This document shows positions 42,481 through 52,844 of a stretch of 64,000 nucleotides of DNA, piece by piece; positions within the stretch are counted from its first letter, which is position 1, and each line of letters opens with the position of its first letter. The stretch spans positions 960,001 to 1,024,000 of the forward strand of contig OZ242164.1 of NCBI GenBank assembly GCA_965205335.1, in the 5' to 3' direction. A program made the position numbers and the translations under genes. This DNA is from Candidatus Woesearchaeota archaeon (lineage in GTDB: Archaea; Nanobdellota; Nanobdellia; Woesearchaeales; UBA583). Under the pieces are notes generated by a model that saw nothing but the letters and a program-made list of their open reading frames with translations, was not told where the DNA came from and made no database searches.

Positions 42481-43632
42481 ATGAAGATAAAACAAATTCC
42501 TGAGGATTTTATAGTTCATGAAATATATAGTCCTGAAAAGTTTAAAGAAAAAGATGAGAGGGATGAGTTCTTCTATTTTAAATTGACTAAAAAGGATTAC
42601 ACTCAAATAAAAGCAATAGAAAAAATTGCAAAAATATTTAATGTTTCTAAAAAGACAATTCATTTCGCAGGAACTAAGGATAGAAAGGCAATAACTTCTC
42701 AGGTAATTTCAATGCATTATGTAAATGAGGATACTTTAAAGGAAAATCTGAAATTTCTAAATGAAAAAGTAGAGGACTTAGAACTTGAATTTTTGGGGAA
42801 GTTTAAGGGGAGAATTAATCTTGGGGATAATCTTGGAAATAAATTTACAATAACAATTCGGGATTTAGAAAATAGCGATATTGAGAAAGCTAAAAATAAT
42901 CTAAGAGATATTAAAAGAAATGGAGTTTTGAATTATTTTGATTCTCAGAGATTTGGGTATGCGAATAATTCTCATATTATTGGGAAATATATTTTAAGAA
43001 ATGAGATAAATAATGCAGTATTTGAAATTCTAACATCTCTTCCCCAGAATCCAAATCTTGAAAATATAGAGTTTGCAAAATTCATAGATAAGAGTAAACA
43101 AAATATTAAGGAGCAAAATACTGAGATTATAGATAGTGCAATTGAACTTGCACCCAAGTATTTAAGAGATGAAGTGAAAATATTAAATCATTTAAAATCA
43201 GCGAAAAATGATTTTCCCGGAGCTTTTAGAACAATCCACAAGAAACTTAGAACTCTTTACATAAATGCATATCAGTCATATATTTTCAATGAGATTTTAG
43301 ATAAGATTAAAAAAGGGAGAATTAAAACGAACAGAGAAGAAATAAATTTGATAAATAGTGAAACTGTTTATGATGAGGAATTTATGAAAGTGATATGTAA
43401 CATTCTAAAAAGAGATGGTTTGACTCAGGAAAATTTTAAACTACCTCATATGCCAGAACTTATAAGAAACCAAAAGCAAGTGTCAAGAAAGATTGTAGTT
43501 CATCCAAAAAATCTTGAAATAAGCAGGGTAGAGAATGATGATTTAAATGAAGGCAAGAAAAAAATGATTGTGATGTTTGAATTAAGCAGAGGAGAATATG
43601 CAACAAATATAACAAAGCAATTATTCATTTAA
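42481..43632 (+). CDS. truD: tRNA pseudouridine(13) synthase TruD
   Basis: PEDFIV, AGTKD, GNKF, NYFDSQRFG, GEYAT. Confidence 0.94.
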   Translation: MKIKQIPEDFIVHEIYSPEKFKEKDERDEFFYFKLTKKDYTQIKAIEKIAKIFNVSKKTIHFAGTKDRKAITSQVISMHYVNEDTLKENLKFLNEKVEDLELEFLGKFKGRINLGDNLGNKFTITIRDLENSDIEKAKNNLRDIKRNGVLNYFDSQRFGYANNSHIIGKYILRNEINNAVFEILTSLPQNPNLENIEFAKFIDKSKQNIKEQNTEIIDSAIELAPKYLRDEVKILNHLKSAKNDFPGAFRTIHKKLRTLYINAYQSYIFNEILDKIKKGRIKTNREEINLINSETVYDEEFMKVICNILKRDGLTQENFKLPHMPELIRNQKQVSRKIVVHPKNLEISRVENDDLNEGKKKMIVMFELSRGEYATNITKQLFI

Positions 43633-43992
43633 TACTATTTTAATTTTATCGCCTATTTTAATGTTTTCAAGTTTTCCCGGGTATGCTTCAATAATATATT
43701 TTGCTTTAGCCTTTGGGATGTAGGACATAATCCAAGGTCTTAAAATAACTTTATCAACAACTTTGAATTTAGAACTGATGAAAATGATTTCAAGAGAGCA
43801 AAAACAAAACATCATGGTAACAGCACTTCCATAGCGAACATCTTTTGATGCTGGCATAACCATGCAAACACCCTTAGAGCATCTTTTTTTTCCTGAAAAC
43901 ATTAAGCCCAAAGAGATACTTAGAGTGCCTGTCAGATATTTCATCTCGGAGAGAATTACATTCTTTTTATGGATTAATTTCGCAATCATCAA
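43621..43992 (-). CDS. DUF192 family protein
   Basis: GLMF...TMMF...IIFI...AKYIIE pattern. Confidence 0.65.
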   Translation of the reverse strand: MMIAKLIHKKNVILSEMKYLTGTLSISLGLMFSGKKRCSKGVCMVMPASKDVRYGSAVTMMFCFCSLEIIFISSKFKVVDKVILRPWIMSYIPKAKAKYIIEAYPGKLENIKIGDKIKIVLNE

Positions 43993-44039
43993 AAAGAGTT
44001 ACAGGAAAGATTTATATAAAACTTTCTAAGAATAATTAT

Positions 44040-45431
44040 ATGAAAGAAAATCTTAAAAGTATAGCAAAAGAAATTGTGAACTCAATTCATGATAAGGGTT
44101 TGTATTCTGATTTTAATTATATTAATCAAAAGGAACTAAAAATTGTTATTGATAAGGAAAATACAAGTATAAACAAGGATTGTGACAAAGGAGTTAAAAT
44201 TAGGTTATGGGACGGAGAGAAATTTTTGGAGAGTGCAACAACTTTATTAAGCAAAGAAGGTTTAAAGAGTGTTGCATCTGGCTTAATTGAAAGGTACGAA
44301 ATGTCTAAACATGAAATAAAGAGTCCAAAAAAACTCAAAGTAGATAATGATATTGTTGAAAAGGATTTTGAGAGGAAATTGGAAAAGTCTTTTGAATCTT
44401 TAAGTCTTGAAGAGAAAACAGATAAACTTATGAGGATAAAAGATGATATTTTAAAAATAGATGATGATGTTGTAAATGTTCGGGTAATTATGAGCGAGCA
44501 GACGGAAAATCATATTTTTGTAAGTAATTCCAAAACGCTTTCTCAGAAGATTTCTCTTGGAAAGATTGCAATGGTTGCTTTTGTTAAATGCGAGGATGGG
44601 ACAAATAGGATGGTTTTCAAATCACTTGTTGATGATGATTTAAAGATTTTTGATAAGGCTTATGATTCATTTGAAGAGTTTAGAGAAGATGTTCCCAATA
44701 TGAAGAAAGCCAAGAAATTAAAGGGGGGAAAGTATAAAGTTCTTTTGTCTCCCAAGATTACAGGTCTTCTTGCCCATGAGTCATTTGGGCATGGAATGGA
44801 GGCAGATACTATGATGAAAGAAAGAGCATTGGCATCAGAATGGATAGGTAAAAAGATAGGAGATGATAATATAAATATTGTTGATTGTCCTCAAATTGCA
44901 GGAAAGCATGGAGAGTTTTATTTCGATTATGAGGGAAATATTGCAAAGAAGACATATCTTGTAAAGAATGGAGTGATTAAAGATCCAATGGCAGATTTGT
45001 ATTCTAAGACGGAACTTGATTTGGAGAATTCATTTAATTCAAGGTTTGAGTCGTTTGATCATAAACATTATACACGAATGTCAAATACATATTTTGAACC
45101 AGCAGATGAGTCGTATAAGGATATGCTTAAAGAAATTGATGATGGAATATATGTAAATGGAAGTGCAGGGGGGATGGAAGATCCCAAAGGCTGGGGAGTT
45201 CAGATACAAGGATGCTCCGGGCAGAGAATAAAGAACGGAAAATTGGTTGATGAGTTTTATGATGGTTTTGCATTAACAGGGTTTCTGCCCGATATTATAA
45301 AGAATATCTCAGGAGTTTCAAAGGAATTTGAGATAGAAGGCGGAGGTTTCTGCGGAAAAGGGCATAAGGAATGGGTCCGTGTTTCTGAGGGCGGAGCATA
45401 TTTAAAGATTGATGAAGTAGTTTTAGGGTAA
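44040..45431 (+). CDS. tldD: TldD metalloprotease
   Basis: HESFGHGMEAD, RMSNTY, CGKG. Confidence 0.92.
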   Translation: MKENLKSIAKEIVNSIHDKGLYSDFNYINQKELKIVIDKENTSINKDCDKGVKIRLWDGEKFLESATTLLSKEGLKSVASGLIERYEMSKHEIKSPKKLKVDNDIVEKDFERKLEKSFESLSLEEKTDKLMRIKDDILKIDDDVVNVRVIMSEQTENHIFVSNSKTLSQKISLGKIAMVAFVKCEDGTNRMVFKSLVDDDLKIFDKAYDSFEEFREDVPNMKKAKKLKGGKYKVLLSPKITGLLAHESFGHGMEADTMMKERALASEWIGKKIGDDNINIVDCPQIAGKHGEFYFDYEGNIAKKTYLVKNGVIKDPMADLYSKTELDLENSFNSRFESFDHKHYTRMSNTYFEPADESYKDMLKEIDDGIYVNGSAGGMEDPKGWGVQIQGCSGQRIKNGKLVDEFYDGFALTGFLPDIIKNISGVSKEFEIEGGGFCGKGHKEWVRVSEGGAYLKIDEVVLG

Positions 45432-45439
45432 GATGTAAA

Positions 45440-46840
45440 ATGAGTCAGATTCAAATTCAGAAAAATAAAAATACCCAGATAAAGGAGTTGTTGCAGAAAG
45501 TGTTAAATGAGAATGAGATTTCTTTCTGGAAGATGAATTCTTACAAGAAAAGAAAAAATAATATTTATATTCAAAAGGATTATAAGATTGAATCAGTACT
45601 TGAATCACAAAGAAATGAGTTTGATATTTCAGTTGCAAAGGATTATGAGGATTGTGTTGGAGAGAGTTCATTTAAAATCTCTCAGAGTGCAGATATTGAA
45701 GATTTTAGAAAGGAACTTTTGGATGCTATATTTATTTGTTCTAAGTCTAAATCACGAAAGTATGATTATATAAAGAAAGAAGACAAGGAGGTAGATGATT
45801 CAGAGATTGATTATGATTCATATTATAGTCAAAAGTTTGTAGATGATTTTGAAACAAAGAATTTAAATCTTTTTTTTGCAGAGAAGTTAGAGATTTTTAA
45901 GGAATTAATAGATAGGAACTGGGATGATGAATTACAGATTAAGTTAAATGCTCTTGAGTTTCATAATAATATTGTTGATGAGAATTTAGAGACTTCAAAT
46001 AGAGTTGTTAAGTCAAATACAAAAACAAATACATATATAGAGTTTGTTTTAACAGCAGTTCATAAGGTTACAAAAAATGAAACTGAGCATATTATTTATA
46101 AGAAAATAAATGATGTTTACAGGTTTGATTTTGAGGAATTTTTTAAGGAAAATATTAGTTTTGCAGTTCATAGCGCTAAGGATAATAGGGCTAAGGATTT
46201 TAGTGGAAAGGTTATATTAACAAAGAAGGCAGTAATGGATTTTTTTAATCCTGATTTGTCAATGAATTCAGTAATTGCTCAGTGTCTTGCAAGATATAAA
46301 TATCACGGGGTTACAAGATTTGAAAAAGGGGATGAAGTGATTAAAGGTAAGTATGATAGATTAACAATTTATTCAAATCCTCTGCGTGTAGATAATAATC
46401 GTTCACATCCTTATGATGATGAAGGATTATGTGCAAGAAAGTTATGTCTGATTAGAGATAATGTTTTGGAGAATTTTGCGGCATCAAATAAATATGGTCA
46501 GTACATAAATGAGAAACCAACAGGACCTTTGGGACCGTTCGAGATAGAAACTGGAAATAAGTCATATAATGAATTGATTAAGGATAAGGATAAGCAGATT
46601 GAGATTGTAACGTTTGCGTCATTTTCACCAGATACAATTTCAGGGGATTTTAGTGCTGAGATTAGATTGGGTTATATAATTGAGAATGGGAAGAGAAAAC
46701 CGTTTAAGGGAGGTTTGTTTACGGGAAATGTTTTCAGGCTTCTTGAGGTGGTTGAGTTATCAAAAGAGAGTATTGATGAGGTTGGTTATATAGGACCTAA
46801 GTCAATTAAGTTCCATAATGGCTCGGTAGTTGGACTGTAG
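45440..46840 (+). CDS. TldE/PmbA-like protein
   Basis: YDDEG, ISGDFS and ENG..PFK motifs; adjacent to tldD. Confidence 0.82.
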   Translation: MSQIQIQKNKNTQIKELLQKVLNENEISFWKMNSYKKRKNNIYIQKDYKIESVLESQRNEFDISVAKDYEDCVGESSFKISQSADIEDFRKELLDAIFICSKSKSRKYDYIKKEDKEVDDSEIDYDSYYSQKFVDDFETKNLNLFFAEKLEIFKELIDRNWDDELQIKLNALEFHNNIVDENLETSNRVVKSNTKTNTYIEFVLTAVHKVTKNETEHIIYKKINDVYRFDFEEFFKENISFAVHSAKDNRAKDFSGKVILTKKAVMDFFNPDLSMNSVIAQCLARYKYHGVTRFEKGDEVIKGKYDRLTIYSNPLRVDNNRSHPYDDEGLCARKLCLIRDNVLENFAASNKYGQYINEKPTGPLGPFEIETGNKSYNELIKDKDKQIEIVTFASFSPDTISGDFSAEIRLGYIIENGKRKPFKGGLFTGNVFRLLEVVELSKESIDEVGYIGPKSIKFHNGSVVGL

Positions 46841-48085
46841 ATGAAAATGGATTCAAAGTTTTTCAAAAGGAACAGAGTGAAATTTGGCAATAAGTTAAAA
46901 AGAAATTCTGTTGCAGTATTTTTTTCAAAAGATGTAATTGTAAAAGGAGATAGTGAGTTTTTTGATTTCCCTGATTCTAATTTGTTTTATTTAACAGGAA
47001 TTAGTCAGGCAAAAACCAAACTTCTTGTTCATAAGAATTCAAAGGGAGAGATTAATAAGTATGTGTTTATTGTGAAAACAAGTAAGTTAATTGAAGTATG
47101 GGAGGGTGCTAAGTTATCAGTTAAAGAAAGTAAGGCAATATCATTGATATGTAATGTGAAGTATTTAGATGAGTATGAAGAGATAGCAGATAAGATATTG
47201 TCAAAAACCAAGAATTTGTATTATTTTAAAAATGAGGAATTGAAGGGTATGGAGAATCCAAGTGAGTATAGTGATTACATAAGAAAGATTAAAAGAAGAT
47301 ACAAGTTAAATGGAATTAATTCGTTTGAGATTATAAGAGATTTAAGGCAGATGAAATCAAAAGAGGAGATAAGTGAGATAAGAACTGCAATGAAAACAAC
47401 AAGTGAGGCGTTTAGATATGTTTTAAGAAATATTAAGTCGTACAAATCCCAGCAGGAAGTTGAGGCAAGTATTAGTTATGTTTATACTAAAAATTTATGT
47501 AAGCATTCTTATCATCCAATTGTTGCATCCGGAAAGTATGCTAATATTTTGCATTATATAAAAAATGATAAAAAGTTTAAGAAAAATGAACTTGTTTTAA
47601 TTGATTCAGGAGCAGAGTTTAATAATTATAAAACAGATATTACAAGAACTTTTCCTATTTCTGGAAGGTTTACAAAAAGACAAAGAGAAGTATATAGAGT
47701 TGTTTTGGATGTTCAAAAAAGAGCAATTAAAATGCTAAAACCTAATCTTTTAAGGATTAATTGGGAGAGAGATGTTGCAAAAATGATTCTTGAAAAGTTA
47801 ATTGAATTGAGTGTTATAACAAGAGAGGAATTTGAAAAAAACAAGGATATATTGAGAAAGTATTATCCACATAGAGCGGGACATTTCTTAGGACTTGACA
47901 CACATGATTTGGGAGATTTTAAAACTCCTTTTCAGGTTGGAGAAGTTTATACAGTTGAACCGGGGATTTATATAAAAGAAGAGGAAATAGGTGTAAGAAT
48001 TGAAGATGATGTTTTAATTACAGAGAATGGGTGTGAGGTTCTCTCAAAAATGATTCCAAAAGAAATAAAAAGCATTGAGGATTAG
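46841..48085 (+). CDS. pepP: Xaa-Pro aminopeptidase (M24B)
   Basis: LHY, DSG, DITRT, GHFLGLDTHD, TVEPG, RIEDD. Confidence 0.92.
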   Translation: MKMDSKFFKRNRVKFGNKLKRNSVAVFFSKDVIVKGDSEFFDFPDSNLFYLTGISQAKTKLLVHKNSKGEINKYVFIVKTSKLIEVWEGAKLSVKESKAISLICNVKYLDEYEEIADKILSKTKNLYYFKNEELKGMENPSEYSDYIRKIKRRYKLNGINSFEIIRDLRQMKSKEEISEIRTAMKTTSEAFRYVLRNIKSYKSQQEVEASISYVYTKNLCKHSYHPIVASGKYANILHYIKNDKKFKKNELVLIDSGAEFNNYKTDITRTFPISGRFTKRQREVYRVVLDVQKRAIKMLKPNLLRINWERDVAKMILEKLIELSVITREEFEKNKDILRKYYPHRAGHFLGLDTHDLGDFKTPFQVGEVYTVEPGIYIKEEEIGVRIEDDVLITENGCEVLSKMIPKEIKSIED

Positions 48086-48098
48086 ATTTTATGTTACG

Positions 48099-48674
48099 AT
48101 GAAAGTTATAAGTAAAGAAGAGATTTTAAGAAATAAGGATTTTTATTTAGAGGAAATAAAGTCTGGAAAGGTATTTATTTATCCAACTGATACTGTTTTA
48201 GGGCTTGGATGTAATGCAAGTAATCATATGCAGGTTGAGAGGATATTTGAGATTAAGAAACGGGACAGTAAGTCTTGTCTTATTGTTGTTCCAAGTATTA
48301 ATTGGATTGAAACGTATTGTGAAACTACAAAGGAAAGTTTGGAATTTGTAAAGGAAAAACTACCTGGTCCTTATTCGTTTGTTCTTAAACTTAAAGATAA
48401 TTCTCTTAATTTGTCAAAAAGAGTTATTGGTAAGGGAAATACAGTAGGTGTTAGAATCACAAAGAACTGGTTTTGGGATTTGATACGAGAGTGCCAGACT
48501 CCATTTGTATCAACTTCTGTTAATATCTCGGGAGAGGAGAGTGCAAAGTCAATTTATGATGTTGATGAATCTATAAAAAGTCAGGTAGATTACGTGGTTA
48601 ATGATAATGATTTTTCAGGAAAGCACTCTTTAATTATTGATTTGACAAAAGAACCACCTGAAATTATAAGATAA
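48099..48674 (+). CDS. L-threonylcarbamoyladenylate synthase (TsaC/Sua5-YrdC)
   Basis: YPTDT, IKKR, PGP, STSVNISG. Confidence 0.92.
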   Translation: MKVISKEEILRNKDFYLEEIKSGKVFIYPTDTVLGLGCNASNHMQVERIFEIKKRDSKSCLIVVPSINWIETYCETTKESLEFVKEKLPGPYSFVLKLKDNSLNLSKRVIGKGNTVGVRITKNWFWDLIRECQTPFVSTSVNISGEESAKSIYDVDESIKSQVDYVVNDNDFSGKHSLIIDLTKEPPEIIR

Positions 48675-49014
48675 TTTTTTATAGAGATTTCAATAAGATG
48701 TAACAGGGAAAAAATTAGAGTTCTAAGAGTTGCCAAATAGAAAGTTTATTTTTTTGGTTTCGTTGGCTTCGCAATACAAACATACAATATGATTCCAAGA
48801 AATGTTACAAAATAAATTAAATACTGTATATCAGAGTAATATCCAATATCACCAATTATAAATATCACTAAAAATAATATTAAAGCAACAATTCCAATAG
48901 GATTATTTTTGAAGTCTAAACCAAAATTATTCTCAAAATGAATTTCTATATCAGATCTGTTGTTTGAGTCATTTCTTTTGGATTTGGAAATTTTATCTTT
49001 GTTTTTATATCTCT

Positions 49015-49293
49015 CTATTCTTCATCATATTCTAAACTTAATCTTTCTGCTGATTTTTCATACGATTTTATCTTAGTGTCTAACTCACTAAGTTCTGAAT
49101 CTGAAATTTCTTTATTCCAAGAATTTCCAATATGATATTTTCTATCTTCTGATTTATTGTTATAATCTGAACCCTTTTCATCTATATTTTCTGTTTTTTT
49201 AATATGGCTTTTCTTCCAAAATGCAAATCCAGATTTTTTTATCGGGCGGCCAAATTCATCATATCTTCTTCCACTTTGTGATTCTCTTACCAT
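49015..49293 (-). CDS. Hypothetical protein, possibly the 5' part of a frameshifted membrane protein gene
   Basis: 92-aa ORF; another frame continues to about 48834 with a TM segment (PIGIVALILFLVIFII). Confidence 0.35.
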   Translation of the reverse strand: MVRESQSGRRYDEFGRPIKKSGFAFWKKSHIKKTENIDEKGSDYNNKSEDRKYHIGNSWNKEISDSELSELDTKIKSYEKSAERLSLEYDEE

Positions 49294-49310
49294 TTAAATA
49301 AAATAAATAA

Positions 49311-51764
49311 TTAAGCATAAGAACTCATATTCAGACTTTCAAGTTCTTTTTTAGGGTTTTTCATTTCTTTTTCAATTTCCTGATAGTGCTTTTGAAGTTC
49401 AATGTTTACAGATGGTTTAACTATTTTCATTGCTTCTTTGAAATCTTCACTGCTTATTTCTTCTGTTTTAATATTACGTCTTAGAGCAATTAGTCCTGCT
49501 TCGCGAACAAGTGATTCTAAGTCTGCTCCAACATATCCTTCTGTTTTTCCTGCAATTTGTTTTATGATTTTGTCCTTATCTTTAATTGGAGTCTTTCTCA
49601 TATGAACTTTTAAGATAGCTTCTCTTGCTTCTAAGTTTGGAATATCAACTAAAACTAATTTATCAAATCTCCCAGGTCTTAATAATGCAGGGTCAATTAG
49701 CCCAGGACGGTTTGTTGCGGCAAGAACTTTTACATTGATTAAGTCCTCAAGTCCATCCATTTCAGTTAGGATTTGATTAACTATTGTATCTGTTGTTTTG
49801 GATTTTTCCCCTCCAAGTCTCATTCCAGCAATTGCATCAAATTCATCAAAGAAGAGAATGCTTGGTGAGTTCTGTCTGGCTTTTTCAAATAATTTTCTAA
49901 TGGATTTTTCTGATTCTCCTACGTATTTGTTAATTATTTCAGGACCTTTTACATAAATGAAATTTGATGATGTTTCTGTGGCAACAGCTTTTGCAAGAAG
50001 AGTTTTTCCAGTTCCAGGGGGTCCGTATAAGAGAATTCCTTTTGGGGATGAAATCCCAAGTCTTGCAAATGCTTCCTGTTTTTTTAACGGCCATTCTATC
50101 ATCTCAGTTAGTTGTTGTTTTAAATCATTAAGTCCTCCAATATCATCCCATTTAACACGAGGGATCTCAACTAAAAACTCACGCATAGCAGAAGGTCTGA
50201 CTAATTTTAACGCTTCTGCAAAGTCTTTCTGAGTAATTTCTAATTTGTTTAAAACATCTTTTGGGATTTCTTCGTCAGATTTTACATTCATATTAGGAAA
50301 ATGTCTTCTTAAAACATTAAATGCGGCTTCTTTAATGAGAGCCTCTAAATCTGCCCCAACGAATCCGTGAGTAATTTTTGAGAATTCTGATAGAGTTCTT
50401 TTAGATTCTTTCTTCATAACTTCTGATACAACTTCATCAGGCATTAGTTTAAGTCCTTCCATCTTATCTTTTTTTAGAGTTTCTTTAATCTTCTGGATAT
50501 CTATTTTCAAATCTTTGTTTTTTTCTTTCTCTTTCTTTATGAAATTATTTAGAGTGGTTTCATATTTCTTGAAATCTCCTGGGAGTTCTAAGGGCATTCC
50601 TCTTGAATGTATTCTTAGTATTTCTAATCTGTCTTCTTCTTTTGGAACTCCTATTTCAAGTTCTCTGTCAAATCTTCCCGGTCTTCTTAGAGCCCCATCT
50701 AATGAATCAGGACGATTTGTTGCGGCGATTACAATGATTTTGTTTGATTTGTTTAGTCCATCCATTAGTGTTAGAAGCTGGGCAACAATTCTCTTTTCAG
50801 TTTCTCCTTGGACTTCTTCTCTTTTTTGGGCGATTGCATCAATTTCATCAATGAATATTACTGATGGGGAATCTTTTTCGGCCTTGTCAAATAATTCTCT
50901 TAGTTTTTTTTCAGATTCACCATAGAATTTGTTTACAACCTCTGGCGCTGATATGGAGTAGAAACTGGCTTCTGTTTCATTTGCTATTGCCCTTGCAAGA
51001 AGAGTTTTTCCTGTCCCAGGGGGTCCGTATAAAAGAATTCCTTTCGGGGGTGAGATCCCAAGTCTTGCAAATATTTCAGGATGTCTTAGTGGAAGTTCAA
51101 CTAATTCTCTGATTTTTTCAAGTTGCGATCTAAGTCCTCCTACGTCTTCATAATTAACACCTGAATCCATTTCACTTTCAGGCTTGTTTGAAATTTCAAT
51201 TACTGTCTGCGGTCCGATTATCAAGAAATTTGCAGGTTTTGTCATTGCTACTTTGAATTTAGCTCCTGATAAACTAAATCCTAAGAAATCTACTTCTATT
51301 GAACTGAATAAGTCTATTGCAAAAGGATTATTTGATGAAAATGAGGTTCTTTTTTCAGTCGGGGATGATGAGATTGTTATAATATCTCCTTGAACTACTG
51401 GTTTTCTTAAAAGTCCTTTTTTTATTGTATTAAGTGTTGTTGGGTGAAGGGCAAAGTCTTGCATTGGGCTTAGAACTACTTTCTGGGCTTCTTTTAACTC
51501 TGGTTTAAATACTTGAATTTGTTCTCCCACAGAGATTTTTGCATTTTTACGAATTATTCCATCCATACGAATTATTTCAAGTCCTAAATCACTTGGGTAT
51601 GCTCTATCAACTATTGCAAGTGTTTCTCTTTCCCCTTTGATTCCTATGACTTCACCAACAGACATTCCCAAGTTTCTTAGAATTGCACTATCTACTCTAA
51701 CAATACCTCGGTTTACATCATCTTGATGCGCCTCTGCAACTTTTAACTTTATTTTCACAGACAT
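49311..51764 (-). CDS. cdc48: CDC48/VCP AAA ATPase
   Basis: Two GPPGTGKT AAA modules; RPGRFD motifs. Confidence 0.97.
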   Translation of the reverse strand: MSVKIKLKVAEAHQDDVNRGIVRVDSAILRNLGMSVGEVIGIKGERETLAIVDRAYPSDLGLEIIRMDGIIRKNAKISVGEQIQVFKPELKEAQKVVLSPMQDFALHPTTLNTIKKGLLRKPVVQGDIITISSSPTEKRTSFSSNNPFAIDLFSSIEVDFLGFSLSGAKFKVAMTKPANFLIIGPQTVIEISNKPESEMDSGVNYEDVGGLRSQLEKIRELVELPLRHPEIFARLGISPPKGILLYGPPGTGKTLLARAIANETEASFYSISAPEVVNKFYGESEKKLRELFDKAEKDSPSVIFIDEIDAIAQKREEVQGETEKRIVAQLLTLMDGLNKSNKIIVIAATNRPDSLDGALRRPGRFDRELEIGVPKEEDRLEILRIHSRGMPLELPGDFKKYETTLNNFIKKEKEKNKDLKIDIQKIKETLKKDKMEGLKLMPDEVVSEVMKKESKRTLSEFSKITHGFVGADLEALIKEAAFNVLRRHFPNMNVKSDEEIPKDVLNKLEITQKDFAEALKLVRPSAMREFLVEIPRVKWDDIGGLNDLKQQLTEMIEWPLKKQEAFARLGISSPKGILLYGPPGTGKTLLAKAVATETSSNFIYVKGPEIINKYVGESEKSIRKLFEKARQNSPSILFFDEFDAIAGMRLGGEKSKTTDTIVNQILTEMDGLEDLINVKVLAATNRPGLIDPALLRPGRFDKLVLVDIPNLEAREAILKVHMRKTPIKDKDKIIKQIAGKTEGYVGADLESLVREAGLIALRRNIKTEEISSEDFKEAMKIVKPSVNIELQKHYQEIEKEMKNPKKELESLNMSSYA

Positions 51765-52096
51765 AATATTTGTTTTAGTAATCTTTGAGTTTATAAGTCT
51801 TATGTGTAAAAAGAATAAATAACATTCTATTTCTAATTTTTTAATTTAGAACACTAATTTTTTGATGCATAGGATATGAGTATTAGTTAATGGAAGATTT
51901 GCTTGAAAGTATAAAAGTTATTTGTTTTAATTGTGATTGTACTTCTGATAGAAAGATAATTCATAAGAGAACATTGTCTGATATTAAGAGTTATGTATGC
52001 AAATTATTTTCATAAGTTTTCCCAACATATATAAATAATTACTAAACTTATAAGTAGTAAATTTTATATATTAACTTCAATTTCCTATTTTATAAA

Positions 52097-52804
52097 ATGG
52101 AAAGAAATATAATGGAAGGGGATACGCCAAGAAAAATAATGGAGACTTATGATAAGGACAAAATAGTCCCAGTCTCTTATGAAAATTATCTTAAAATCAT
52201 GAATTGTCTTGATCCCGAAAAGAACTATTTAATAGTTCCTGAAGGATTAGTAGGTAGTGATGTTTTTCGTAGTACGGACTGGTCAAATTTTGGTAAATAT
52301 GTAAAAGATCAAAGAAAAGGAATAGAATTTTTAGAGAATCGTAATTTGTGGAAAAGAGCAAATTTTTTCAATTTTGACATAGGCCAGATATCAGGAGCGA
52401 TGATTGGTTCTCTTTACGATTGTAAAATAGGGAAATTAGAGGGCGACTCAGTTATTAATTTAGTGCTTGGTAATACTCAGATTGATTATATGTGTAATAC
52501 AAGTATAATTGAACGTCTGATTGATGAAAGTAGGGTTCATTGTATGGGTGGTAAAAGTAGGGTTCGTTGTATGGGTGGTAAAAGTAGAGTTCATCATATG
52601 GATGGTGAAAGTATAATTGAGGAGATGAGATGGAGAAGTAAGGTTTTTCTCATGAGAAATGAAAGTAGTGTTTTGAAAATGTTTGGGCTAAGCAATGTTG
52701 TGTGTATGGAAGGTGAAAGTAGAGTTCTTTGTAGGTATGGTAGAAGTAGCATTGGAAGTTGGTGGGGTAAGGAAATTTATCGTTTCTTTTCTTTAGCAGT
52801 TTAA
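52097..52804 (+). CDS. Hypothetical protein with 9-residue repeats
   Basis: S-x-V-x-x-M-x-G-x repeats; 27-bp tandem units at about 52527-52612. Confidence 0.6.
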   Translation: MERNIMEGDTPRKIMETYDKDKIVPVSYENYLKIMNCLDPEKNYLIVPEGLVGSDVFRSTDWSNFGKYVKDQRKGIEFLENRNLWKRANFFNFDIGQISGAMIGSLYDCKIGKLEGDSVINLVLGNTQIDYMCNTSIIERLIDESRVHCMGGKSRVRCMGGKSRVHHMDGESIIEEMRWRSKVFLMRNESSVLKMFGLSNVVCMEGESRVLCRYGRSSIGSWWGKEIYRFFSLAV

Positions 52805-52844
52805 ATAGAAATAGTTTTTTAAATTGTTAGTTTGTATGTATTGT

